Origin: Massalongia carnosa
Lineage: Eukaryota
DNA: 64,000 nucleotides
Direction: 5' to 3'
NCBI GenBank assembly: GCA_965645245.1
Contig: OZ287085.1
Location: forward strand, 1,674,001 to 1,738,000
The notes beneath the pieces were generated by a model. The model saw nothing but the letters and a program-made list of their open reading frames with translations. It did not search any database and was not told where the DNA came from. The position numbers were made by a program, and so were the translations under genes. The number at the start of each line of letters is the position of its first letter. Position 1 is the first letter of the stretch. Shown one piece after another: positions 25,914 to 36,545 of this stretch.

Positions 25914-28900
25914 TATTATTTAAACCAAATCTTGATAATATACTCGACTGGTGTGTCTTTATCGTCGAATCTTGCAGCATCAAGCGCTCGAAAAGGAAAC
26001 AATAGCAGTGCATTTTCACATACGCAAGATTTGTTACAATGTTACTAAAACAACAAGTTAATTAATGAAATTATTGCATTTAAATGCTTAAAATGACTCA
26101 AAAGAGTCATTAAAGCAATTATCATTATTGGACAAAGAAAGGTAAAGGTAATCAATAGTCAAAGAGCAGCTGTTTACAGGTCAAATATTCGATTATTCGT
26201 CAAGTGCCCATGTCAAACGTGGGCGCAATCGGCAGTACCTAGAACATATCTGCTAATTGACTAATGTAGCCTATTAGTCGACTATTTGACAAATTCGCGG
26301 GTCCTCCCGATTTCCCGATATTATCAAGATTAAACAAGAGGACTGCAGGTGAACCAGTAGAGACAACTGCTTATAAGACAACTGAAAATTATAATGACAT
26401 TTCACATGTACTCCATCAACCCTTTGCAAACGAGACGGACTATGCTCTGGCTATGTGGTTTCTGGAGGCCGAAAACACCAAAGGGGAGATAGATAAGTAC
26501 TTCTAGGATCATCGTCTAAGGCCATTGCATGCCCACTCAAGTTTTAAGAATGCTGACGAGTGGATTACTCTACTACATAAAATAACTCATGGTATATTGA
26601 ACGATGAATGGAGAACCGATGTTTTTCAGGTGAACCCGATATATGTTGATCAGAAACCTGTCCAGTATTCTATTAAATACAGAAATGCTATCGGTGCTCT
26701 ACAGTTCTTGATAGGTCATCCCCCATTAAGGTGACAGCTGGTGGTCAATTCAAGAACAGCTTCCTGAAAATGCAACAGTTGTGCCACTTCTCTTAGCTAC
26801 AGACAAAACAAGACTCACCAAGCATCATGGAGATCAGTCGACGTGGCCTGTTTATCTTAAGATTGGAAACTTAGATCGAAAGACTCGACGCCAGCCCAAT
26901 AGACCAGGTATCGTTTTGTTAGGTTTTATCCCTATCGTCAAGGAGAAGGAGAAGGGAGACGAACTGAAAGCTCAGGTCTATCATCATGCAATGAAAATGA
27001 TGCTCAGACGTGAGTTTCACTCACTGCTTATTATAAACGATAACTAACCATGACTTGAATGCCGTGCTAGCTATCAAACAACATTCAAAAAACGGTATCC
27101 TTTTGACTTGTGCCGATGGACATGTGCGACGATGTTATCTTATTATCGCCGGCTTCACTGTGGACTACGAAGAGCAGGTTTTGATTACGGGGATAAAATC
27201 TCAGCGTCATTGTAGCATTTGCCAGGTTCCCTCAAACGAACGAGAAATTTACTAAGAATATGGGATCCACGCACACATGAAACAACTCGAGCTCAAATCG
27301 CCAAAAAAGAGGGACAAGTAATTCCAAAGGCAAATGAAGCCTGGGTATATCCAGTGATCAATTTTGCCTGGAAACATCAATTGGTCAACATACACGGTGT
27401 AATGATAGTTGATATACTTCATTAACTGCTAAAGGGCATCTTAATGAATATGATAGAATGGACTCAGTTTCCTTATTGATGATATAACGCCAATCAAAAG
27501 AAAACGAAAATTGCACGAGGCTTTGATTGAGGAAGCGCCCATTGCTGCACAGCTTGACCATCGATTTGACGCTGTGCCTTCGATTTCTGATCTTCAACAT
27601 TTCTCGAAGTTTAGTAAGATAACATAATGGTCGGGGAACGAACAAAAGGATATACTAAGAATATTCGTTCCTGTTATTGCTCCATTTCTTACTGGCAAAT
27701 GTCCTGCTACTATGCTTTGCGTTCGAGCCATCTGCGATTTCGCCACAATGGCACAGTATCGTTCGAATGACGAAGAAACCCTCCGTTATCTAGAACATGC
27801 GTTGTATCGTATCGACAAGCTCAAAAGGGTGTTTGGAAAAAGTCGACCCAAAGGCGACGAAACCGGTCAACCCACCTTTAATTTTCCTAAGTGGCATGTC
27901 ATGACACATTATGTGGAGCATATCAAATAATTCGGCAGCGCAGATTGGATAGATACTTCTCACAGCGAAGCTGCTTATCGATATCTAGTTAAAACTTTTT
28001 TCGATAGGACCAACAAGAGAGACGGTTATTTAGATCAAATCGCACAACACAACACGCGACGTCTCAACTCCCTGGCAATGAAAGACATTGAGCTTTACAG
28101 GCAGAGCAGAAAGGGAAATCAAGTAGATAAAGAGATGACAGTGCAAGTGTCCTCGCTTACTCGAGCCCTCGATCTTTCGTCACTAGACTGGTCGTGGGAT
28201 GAGGAAGAAATGGATCAACTGCAAGCGGTCGGACGAAGTTAGAAAACATGCGAGAAGCTTTTCGTGTTGCGGACGTGCTTCATCTTCACGATTTCCTCGA
28301 CGCCTTGGCAGTATTCATCAGAGAAAGCCGATACAAGTTGGATGGTATCAGAACTAGCAATGCTAATTTATATTGACGAGAGACGGATTCTTCTTGGGCG
28401 GGCTCACATTTGATTTCGATACATAAAGGTATCAAATGCTGGATACGGGATGGCAAGGATTCATCGGACCTGGAGGCGCTCAAGTCCGAAATCATACGTT
28501 GCGCACCAAGCTGGATAAGGAGTAGAAACTGGAGACGAGATTACGTATGGGTTCAGGAAAATTCTGCAGGAGAGTGCCACGGAACTAGCAATTCTCGAGC
28601 TCTAGAGGGAAGATTGATAGGACATGTTCAATTGATTGTTACCATTATTGATCATGCCAGAAGAGACTCTCGAGGCAAACACCCGATGTATTCTGGTGTG
28701 TTTCGTGATCTTTTACGACCTCGGAACAATAGTCAACCGAACGAAATACATGGAATGTGTTGAATGGCGGTTGCGATTATGGTTATAATGGCTTGTTGGG
28801 CTCACTGCGTGGATAGCGGGTAGTCTAATCTTCTCTAGGAAGGTTTTAGGTTTAGCGTGCTTTGCCCTTTGGTGAAAAGTCTGCTCTTTTCCTTTCAGAT

Positions 28901-29014
28901 AGCTATATAGTCAATGCGATTACCTGCAACCAGAGTCTCCTTTTAACTGGTTATGAGCACGGTCAGCAACAAGCTTCCGAACATCAGAAAAGGATATAGC
29001 TCTTCGCAAATCGC

Positions 29015-29210
29015 TATCTCGGCAGCTCGACTACGATTCCTTTAGGTAGGAAGAATCAGCACCTCGGCAGCTCCTTACGATTCCTATGGTAGGATAAACC
29101 AGCACCTCGGCAGCTCCTTACGATTCCTATGGTAGGATAAACTAGCACCTCGGCAGCTCCTTACGATTCCTGTGGCAGGATAAACCAGCACTCCCGGCAG
29201 CTTGATACGA
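29015..29210 (+). repeat. ~43-bp tandem repeats in the Copia leader
   Basis: CGGCAGCTCCTTACGATTCCTATGGTAGGATAAACCAGCACCT, about 4.5 copies. Confidence 0.9.
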
Positions 29211-29241
29211 CGGATCCAACAAGCACAATCAAATATCAAAA

Positions 29242-31512
29242 ATGACAACAATCGCAGACGATCTAGCGAAAAGAAGACCCTTGCCCGTTCTGACAAGGGA
29301 GAACTATCAAAGATGGTTCGAGCTGGCCGAAATGCATTTCGAAGCGGAAGGCATCTTTCATACAATAAGCGAGCCACAGCCCAATTCCTCGTACCTTCAG
29401 CAGCGAATGGACAAATTAAGCCTTGATGGAAAAGGAATAGATAAATCAGACACACCCCTCACCCGGGAAACCCCAATTATCGATTCGGAAAGATGGAGAA
29501 AGGACAACGCTAAAGCATGCTATCTTATAACCATCTGCTTAAGCCAATTCGATCAAGAACGCGTAAGAGTGATGAAGACAGCGGCGGAAAAGTGGACCTC
29601 GCTGTTAAGCAAGTACAACAGCATCCTTCCCACTTCAGGAAGACATTACCTTCAAGAGCTGGTGTCATATAAAATGAAAGAGAACACCACCGTTCAGGAA
29701 GCATGGGGGGAACTTTTGTTGTTGAGAGACAAGGTCGTCATGGCCACACCCACACTTCGAGACGCATTTCCCACTCGGCAACTATTCCAATTACTCTTAC
29801 AATCTCTCCCAGCCGAGTACGCGGTCATTAGGGACGGAATTGATGCAATTGGGGGAGTAGATGCCAAAATTGGCATAACAAGGTTGGAAGACAAAGAAAT
29901 TCAGCTAACACAGGCGAAAGCAGATTTAGCCTTGCTCGCAAAGCAGAAAGAACAGCGAAGAGAGCAGCGACGGCCTCTCAACCCATCCAGAAGTCAAAGC
30001 ACATTCAACAACTCCAGGCAGGAGCGATCCAGACGGCACGAAAGGTCCTCAAGTGCAAAGAGAAAAACGAAAATCAAGGACAACTCGCAAAAGGGATGCT
30101 TAATCTGTGGAGAAGTCGGCCACTGGACCAAAGAGTGCGAATTCTTGGAAAGCACTCGCAGCCACGTCAGGAGCCTCGCGAAGAAGAAGAAAGAGGTCAA
30201 TAAAGACAAATCATCCGTCAAGCGCCATCGGAGCTATCTCGCTGGCGAGTCAGAAGAAGAGGACGAGAACGATAGCTTCTCATCAGGCGACAATGACGAT
30301 GATCTAGATGATCTCGAGGAAACTGCGGCCCTCTCCAGAGAAGCAGTCTGTAAGATTCCCAGATCAAAATGGGTAGCTGACTCTGGCGCATCATCCCACA
30401 TGACTGACAAGCTTCAGCTCTTTAGCGGACCTCTGACAAAGATTAGAGAAAGAAGAATAAAGGTCGGCGGGGGAGAATTGAGAGCATGTCATCGCGGTAC
30501 GTGCGTGATCAAGGATGGGCACGGAAATCAGGGATTTCTTTCTTCTGTCCTTTATGTCCCCAAGCTAGGGGTTAATCTCTTGTCTGGAAGGCGGATGTGC
30601 GAGAAGGGCCTCATCGGAAGTTTCGATCAGCACGGGCTGAAGATGCATGACAAACAAGGCAAGGAGATCATGGAGGCACAGCAGCGAGGGGGAGTATATA
30701 TCGTCGAGAAAATAGCAAAGGATCTCGATGAATTCGCATTTACCGCGTCCATGCATCATGACATTGCCTTTCCAAGCAAAGTTGATATTGCATCACTCTC
30801 GTCTTCATCAGAGGCGTTAAAGCCGCGCGGCGCGGGTTTAACATGTCCAACAACACATAACAATATGGAAATCGAGATTGAGTCAACACCCGCACTTAAC
30901 CCAACCAAGACGGACAAACACTCTGAAACGTACAGGCTATGGCATCGAAGATTCGCTCACCTAGGCCGAGAAAAGCTTCGTAACCTGCATAAGGTCACCA
31001 CCCTAGAAAAGCCTATTCCGGTCAGCAAAGAAGAGGATCACATTTGCGAGGTATGCGCGCTCACTAAGCTCACCAATAAAAGAGGCAAAGCGACCGAGCG
31101 AAAAACCTCACTTCTGGCTCTGGTCTCCATCGATATTTGCGGTCCTTTGCCTGCCTCTCGAGAAGGATACACATACTTTTTGGAAATTGTGGACAACTAT
31201 TCTAGAAAGATATGGTCCATTCCACTCAAAAAGCGAGACGAAGCACCAGGTGAATTGCGAAAATGGAGAATAAAAGTCGAATTACAAAGTGCACAAAGAC
31301 TATTGGCTGTACGGAGTGACAATGCCACCGAGCTGAAGGCTACTCTTGATGAATGGTGCTCCTCAATCGGTATTATTCCGCAATACACCGTTCCTCATAT
31401 GTCTATTCAGAACGGAGTCGCCGAGCGAGCAATTCGTACCACCGAGAACTCGGTGCGAGCCATGATAAAGGATGCAGAACTCCCAATTCTGGAAGGAAGC
31501 CATGGAAACTGA
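29242..31512 (+). CDS. Copia gag-protease-integrase (N-terminal part)
   Basis: CLICGEVGHWTKEC knuckle, WVADSGAS, WHRRFAH, SIDICGP. Frameshift near 31485. Confidence 0.92.
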   Translation: MTTIADDLAKRRPLPVLTRENYQRWFELAEMHFEAEGIFHTISEPQPNSSYLQQRMDKLSLDGKGIDKSDTPLTRETPIIDSERWRKDNAKACYLITICLSQFDQERVRVMKTAAEKWTSLLSKYNSILPTSGRHYLQELVSYKMKENTTVQEAWGELLLLRDKVVMATPTLRDAFPTRQLFQLLLQSLPAEYAVIRDGIDAIGGVDAKIGITRLEDKEIQLTQAKADLALLAKQKEQRREQRRPLNPSRSQSTFNNSRQERSRRHERSSSAKRKTKIKDNSQKGCLICGEVGHWTKECEFLESTRSHVRSLAKKKKEVNKDKSSVKRHRSYLAGESEEEDENDSFSSGDNDDDLDDLEETAALSREAVCKIPRSKWVADSGASSHMTDKLQLFSGPLTKIRERRIKVGGGELRACHRGTCVIKDGHGNQGFLSSVLYVPKLGVNLLSGRRMCEKGLIGSFDQHGLKMHDKQGKEIMEAQQRGGVYIVEKIAKDLDEFAFTASMHHDIAFPSKVDIASLSSSSEALKPRGAGLTCPTTHNNMEIEIESTPALNPTKTDKHSETYRLWHRRFAHLGREKLRNLHKVTTLEKPIPVSKEEDHICEVCALTKLTNKRGKATERKTSLLALVSIDICGPLPASREGYTYFLEIVDNYSRKIWSIPLKKRDEAPGELRKWRIKVELQSAQRLLAVRSDNATELKATLDEWCSSIGIIPQYTVPHMSIQNGVAERAIRTTENSVRAMIKDAELPILEGSHGN

Positions 31513-33910
31513 TGCATATCTTCGGAATCGCACGGGATGCGGACCGATCATCGACGGCTATGCTAGCACACCGGAAGAAGCCTTCACGGGCGTCAAGCCA
31601 TCCATTGATCACATTAGGGTATGGGGATGCAAATGCTATTCGTACGTCGATCCCAAATCGCTACCCGCGGAGGATAGAAGGGATAAGTTCATGGATAGAG
31701 GCAGAATCGGAGTCTTTATGGGATATGTAGAAGAGACCACTAAACAGTATCGTCTCTGGGCACCCGACATGGGAAAAATCATCAGAAGCCATGTCGTAAA
31801 ATTTGATGAAAATTTAAAAGGTGGCAGCGTTGATTTAAACTTGCGGAAGCAGACACCCAACGTGCTACCAGAAAGACGGCCAGTAGGAAGACCACAAAAG
31901 ACAAAAGAAACGAAAATCAGCGAACCCGCCAAATTAGTAGAAAGATTTTCGCATGTGGAGGTTTCTAGTCAACAGAATCAAACTCATGACCAACCAAACC
32001 CGAAAGATGATGTCACTCAAAACGTACCACCAATCCCAACTTCCGAAGAGTCGCCCATAGCGAATGATTCAATCCCAGCCGCAGCTGTGCCTAAGGCTAG
32101 CACTAGCATATTCTCTCATGTTTCAATCCCGAAGCGAAAGCGATCTGATGAAGACTCAGTTCCCGAAGAACCGGCTTTCAAAATACCGCGCGCTTTTCTA
32201 GCGCTGTTCGCCGACGATAATAACGAGGATGAAGATGGCTATCTCAAATTCGAATCTGCCCTATCGGCTGATGCTTCTTCATTTGAAAGAAACATACCCG
32301 AGCCTAAGTCTTACAAGGAAGCAGTAAATGATCCGGTGTGGGGGGAACTATGGAAAGAAGCAGTGAACACCGAGATCAAGGCGCTCATCGGTAATAAGAC
32401 TTGGAAAGAAGTTGTTCCACCTCCCAAAACGAACATCGTCACCTGCAAATGGGTGTTTAAAGTAAAAACCAACCTCGATGGCTCATTGGAGAAGTTTAAA
32501 GCAAGATTAGTCGCCCGTGGGTTTACTCAAAAATACGGCATCGACTATGAGGACACTTTCGCCCCCACGGTAAGATCAGATACCCTACGTGCAGTGCTTG
32601 CCATAGTAGCGATGGAAAACCTGGAATGTCATCAAGTGGACGTGAATAACGCATTTACCCAATCAACCTTGAAAGATGTCATTTACATGACCGCACCGGA
32701 AGGAGTAAACGTTGCCGCTGGTAGAGTTCTTCAGATTCTGCAAAGTCTATACGGTTTAAAGCAGTCCGCCAGAGAATGGAATAGCCGCTGTACAAATGAG
32801 CTGACCAAACTAGGCTTCATTCAATGCTCATCTGACCCATGCCTATTCACTCATCCTAAAAAGGGAATCATCATATTCATGCACGTAGATGACCTGGTGA
32901 TCGCCTCCAAAATGATGAAAGAGATCGATTGGTTCAAGAAAGAGTTCAATGCTGCCGTTAGCATCAAGGACCTAGGAGATGTGTCGAAGGTTCTGGGCAT
33001 ACGAGTAACCAGAGATCGGAAAAATCGAACTCTTCGAATGGACCAGACGCATTATCTCAAAGATGTGATGGAGAGAACACATATGAGCGCTGACAAACAT
33101 AGGCCTACCGAAATTCCAATGAACGGCTATGATTCATTGCGACCGGCTGGAAAAGATGATAAGCGCATAGATCAAAGAGAATATCAGCAAATTGTTGGAA
33201 GCCTGATGTACGCGGCAATTCATACGCGGCCAGATATAGCTTTTGCTCTTGGAAGGCTAAGCCAATATCTCAGTGATCCAGCTGCTCAACACGGTCATGC
33301 ACTAAAGACGCTGCTTAGATACGTTCGGTCTACCATTGACATCGGTATACTGTATGGGGCTGGGGGGAATCATGGCCAAGGCCTCATTGGGTATTCCGAC
33401 TCAGACTACGCAGCTGATAGGCTCGAAAGAAAATCGATCTTGGGATACGTGTACATGCTAGGGGGAGGGCCTATATCGTGGATGAGCAGAAAGCAAAAGT
33501 CGGTTGCTACGTCTACAACGGAGGCAGAATACATGGCCTTATCAACTTGTGCTAAGGAGGGTTTATGGCTCGTTCAGCTGATGAAAGACATAGGCTTCGA
33601 GAAATATTTCAGTCATAACGTCAATATTCGTGAGAACTTGACGCATCGAGCTGACTCCCCGATGCGGTTAAAAGGAGATAATCAAGCCGCTATACAACTG
33701 GCAAAAGATGCTCACATTCATGATAGATCTAAGCATATCGACGTTGCCTATCATCACATTCGGAACCTGCACAAGCGAAATCGAATTCAGGTCGAGTACA
33801 TACCCAGCGGAGAGATGATTGCCGACGGCCTAACCAAGCCTCTAAATAAGCCCATCTTCAATCGGTTCATTAGTCAATTGGGACTGCAAAAAATGGAAAG
33901 AGTAAGGTAG
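31472..33910 (+). CDS. Copia integrase C-terminus, RT and RNase H
   Basis: KARLVARGF, LYGLKQSAREW, HVDD, YSDSDYA, KHIDV. Confidence 0.93.
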   Translation: MQNSQFWKEAMETDAYLRNRTGCGPIIDGYASTPEEAFTGVKPSIDHIRVWGCKCYSYVDPKSLPAEDRRDKFMDRGRIGVFMGYVEETTKQYRLWAPDMGKIIRSHVVKFDENLKGGSVDLNLRKQTPNVLPERRPVGRPQKTKETKISEPAKLVERFSHVEVSSQQNQTHDQPNPKDDVTQNVPPIPTSEESPIANDSIPAAAVPKASTSIFSHVSIPKRKRSDEDSVPEEPAFKIPRAFLALFADDNNEDEDGYLKFESALSADASSFERNIPEPKSYKEAVNDPVWGELWKEAVNTEIKALIGNKTWKEVVPPPKTNIVTCKWVFKVKTNLDGSLEKFKARLVARGFTQKYGIDYEDTFAPTVRSDTLRAVLAIVAMENLECHQVDVNNAFTQSTLKDVIYMTAPEGVNVAAGRVLQILQSLYGLKQSAREWNSRCTNELTKLGFIQCSSDPCLFTHPKKGIIIFMHVDDLVIASKMMKEIDWFKKEFNAAVSIKDLGDVSKVLGIRVTRDRKNRTLRMDQTHYLKDVMERTHMSADKHRPTEIPMNGYDSLRPAGKDDKRIDQREYQQIVGSLMYAAIHTRPDIAFALGRLSQYLSDPAAQHGHALKTLLRYVRSTIDIGILYGAGGNHGQGLIGYSDSDYAADRLERKSILGYVYMLGGGPISWMSRKQKSVATSTTEAEYMALSTCAKEGLWLVQLMKDIGFEKYFSHNVNIRENLTHRADSPMRLKGDNQAAIQLAKDAHIHDRSKHIDVAYHHIRNLHKRNRIQVEYIPSGEMIADGLTKPLNKPIFNRFISQLGLQKMERVR

Positions 33911-35330
33911 TATCGCACCGCAGGGGGACTGTTGAATGGCGGTTGCGATTATGGTTATAATGGCTTGTTGGGCTCACTGCGTGGATAGCGGGTAGTCTAA
34001 TCTTCTCTAGGAAGGTTTTAGGTTTAGCGTGCTTTGCCCTTTGGTGAAAAGTCTGCTCTTTTCCTTTCAGATAGCTATATAGTCAATGCGATTACCTGCA
34101 ACCAGAGTCTCCTTTTAACTGAATGATAGAAATGAAGACTTGGTCCAGAACACACGCAAAATCCCCCCGAAATCTGAATAGTAGACGATTCTACGATCTA
34201 TCTATGATAATGCGTAGCGCACATTTGATACCATCGGGAATCAACTCAGACGTGTTTTACGTCAACAATTACATAGATTGGGATCAATTCAACATGTTAT
34301 AAGACGAGGAATTTCTGGCCAAAGGGATCCGGGCAGCAGATACGGCGGAAAAGCAGATATTAAACTAATCAAATCGAAAATAAAACATCGATAAGGACAT
34401 GCTAATCTTGCAAAACTGCTGTCATTCATCTAATAAGGGAACCCAAGATCTAACAGCAAAACGTGTCATCTATCAAGAGTTAGAAACATCTTATAACAGC
34501 TGACAGCATCTAACAGCGAAGGGTGTCATCTAACTGAAGTCTCTATTATCTAATAGCAAAGCGCGTTATCTAACAAAAGCTGGAAGCATCTAACAGCAGT
34601 GGACAACATCTAACAGCAAAGTTGATGTCTAATCCTTGTTATTAGCAATCTTTAGCAACGGTTAACATATAATGATATCGGTTAACCTGTAACAATAGTT
34701 AGCAGTTATCATAGAAGCGGCAACGAGTTCGTGGCAATTCAGACCTGAAGCGTTGAAGACGGCGGACATAGCAGAGGACAACAGTGTTCTTTGCGGAGAC
34801 GATAATACTAAATATAGTAAGCACCCCCGAAAAGCCTTATTCCTGCACCAGACCTGCTCATCGACGCTCCGCAACGGCCCTTCGCCACATTGTTCGTGAA
34901 CTGAATGTTCACCTCTTATACCACCTTTTGAACATCATCTAGACCATCTTTCGTCAACCATTTATCTACCATCCAGATCACCACCCAGATTATCTTTTGA
35001 CCACAATCCAGACTACCGTCTATGCCACCTTTTGACTATCATCCAAAGCACCTTCTTATCCACTATCGATACGATTATCCAGATTATCTTTGAGAACCGT
35101 CCATACGAAGGATGTTGTGGCATATATCCCGATGAATAAATCAAGTAGTGGACTCTATTTGTCAGGTTAATATAACCAACCGAGTCTATTTGTATTGCGA
35201 CCCAGAGCGCACCCCCATCGCACATCCCATATATCTAGACCTTCATGTGCTCTTGAATCCTTTAGACTCGATGGATTGGGTTTTAACTTATGTTTGGGAT
35301 TATAACTTAACGTTAGGGATTATAATATAA

Positions 35331-35500
35331 TGTAACGGTTCGACCATGCGTGGTCTCGACGGCAGGACCTACAGCGAACATAGCAGGAGTCCCAGTTATA
35401 GTAGAATAGAGCTTGTTCTGCGGACTAAGTATTGTGCCTTTTGGGCGGGAGGATAGGTGGCGCAATGGTAGAAATATATTCACTATCTCGCTTCGTCACA
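35331..35500 (+). mobile_element. Solo LTR shared by X1 and X2
   Basis: TGTAACGG..GTCACA with flanks TATAA/CGTAA. Confidence 0.88.
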
Positions 35501-36084
35501 CGTAACCTGTTGTGTTACGTTAGGATCGAAGAGAATTGGTTTCCTAAACGCATGCGCTTTTTGATAGGATAAGGAAGAGCTTCCGTCTAAGAGGGACTGT
35601 TGTTCCAGAACAGATGAGCTTAATATGTCGTCGCGGTAGTAGTTGGTCTTCTAAGATCTGGGCTCTGTAGGCATTAAGCAGGCTTTCTCGTCATCAAGTA
35701 ACAGATAATCATCAATTCAAAAAATAATGAGAATCACAACCACGTAATGATGTAGAATACTGTTGATCTTCGAGAACTGAATTTGTGTAACATTATCTTC
35801 GATGAGAAATGCAGGGTAGGTTGCGCATTATAAAGACATGTTATACGCAAGATAGAAAAGCTGCAACGAAGCCAATGTTTGACGATTCGACATGTAAAGA
35901 GAGCAGCTGAACAACCAAAATTACTCTGCGACGGATAAAGAGGACATAAAGATAGGATAGAGTGGATAAGATACGACTGAATTATTAAAAGGTCAAAGTA
36001 CAGAGAATAATAAAGCTTATCGAGACGAGAAGTAGAAACAGAGCGACGATTATTTGTTGAGATGCAGGTTGCACTGACTAATAT

Positions 36085-36419
36085 TGTGGTGGGGCGAAAT
36101 GTGTCATCTATGGTCAGGTGACATGGCAATCCTGTGTGGGGATAAATCAGGTTTTTTGATGGCGTTTTATTCATCATCTCCGGACATCATATTATATCAC
36201 TTACGCTGTCATCATCATCGTCGTGTCACGTAGTCATCGACACACGTTAATTTCGTGCATCAACTAGTCGTTCAGTCGTTCAGTCGTCGAGTTCTTTTCA
36301 TGTCTATGCAGTCGTAGGTCCATTCAGCCGTTTGAGTGTGTGTGTATGTTCACTGCTCAGTTCGCCATCTATCATCACGACCACCACCTTCCATTAACAC
36401 GCACGACTACCCTTCTTCG
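36085..36419. mobile_element. Solo LTR-like insert with 4-bp TSD
   Basis: Inverted copy of 18386-18717 with TSD ATAT. The empty site is preserved in X2 at ~19735. Confidence 0.88.
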
Positions 36420-36545
36420 ATATGACGAAAACACGTACAATAGATAAAGGCAACTGACTAAAGGTTGACGAATAAAGGTTAAAGAAACCAAAAAGTCGAA
36501 TATTTAATCATCAAGATCTATTAGTCATCTCCCGATTTCCCGATG

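Larger units (their letters stand above)
19614..26320 (-). mobile_element. Non-autonomous relative X2, inserted inverted into the X1 transposase
   Basis: Same TIR (right end has G>A) and flanks TC/TT. 19614-20640 is the reverse complement of ~35165-36545; 26180-26320 is the reverse complement of 18893-19035. Confidence 0.85.
28758..34120 (+). mobile_element. Young full-length Ty1/Copia element
   Basis: 191-bp LTRs 28758-28948 and 33930-34120 look identical. TSD GAATG, PBS GGTTATGAGC, PPT AGGGGGA. Confidence 0.97.
19250..34368 (+). pseudogene. Plavaka-family transposase in three pieces (19250-19613, 26323-28757, 34126-34368)
   Basis: N-terminal CGYC..H..HC finger, PFANETDYALA, PLLLATDKTRLT..WPVYLKIGNL, DYEEQVLITGIK..CSIC, DILH, NFPKWH, and GT-AG intron 27010-27070. 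HGM|IEMKTW rejoins across the Copia. Confidence 0.85.
18893..36545 (+). mobile_element. Plavaka-type DNA transposon X1 (about 5 kb once nested inserts are removed)
   Basis: 17-bp TIR CATCGGGAAATCGGGAG at both ends and 2-bp TSD CC. The flanks rejoin as GTG ATG CCC ACC GGG GGT GGC AAA AGC (VMPTGGGKS). Confidence 0.88.

Noticed and set aside
31472..31512. Programmed frameshift in the young Copia
   Set aside because: Falls inside the integrase core with residues apparently missing; more likely a small deletion or sequencing error.
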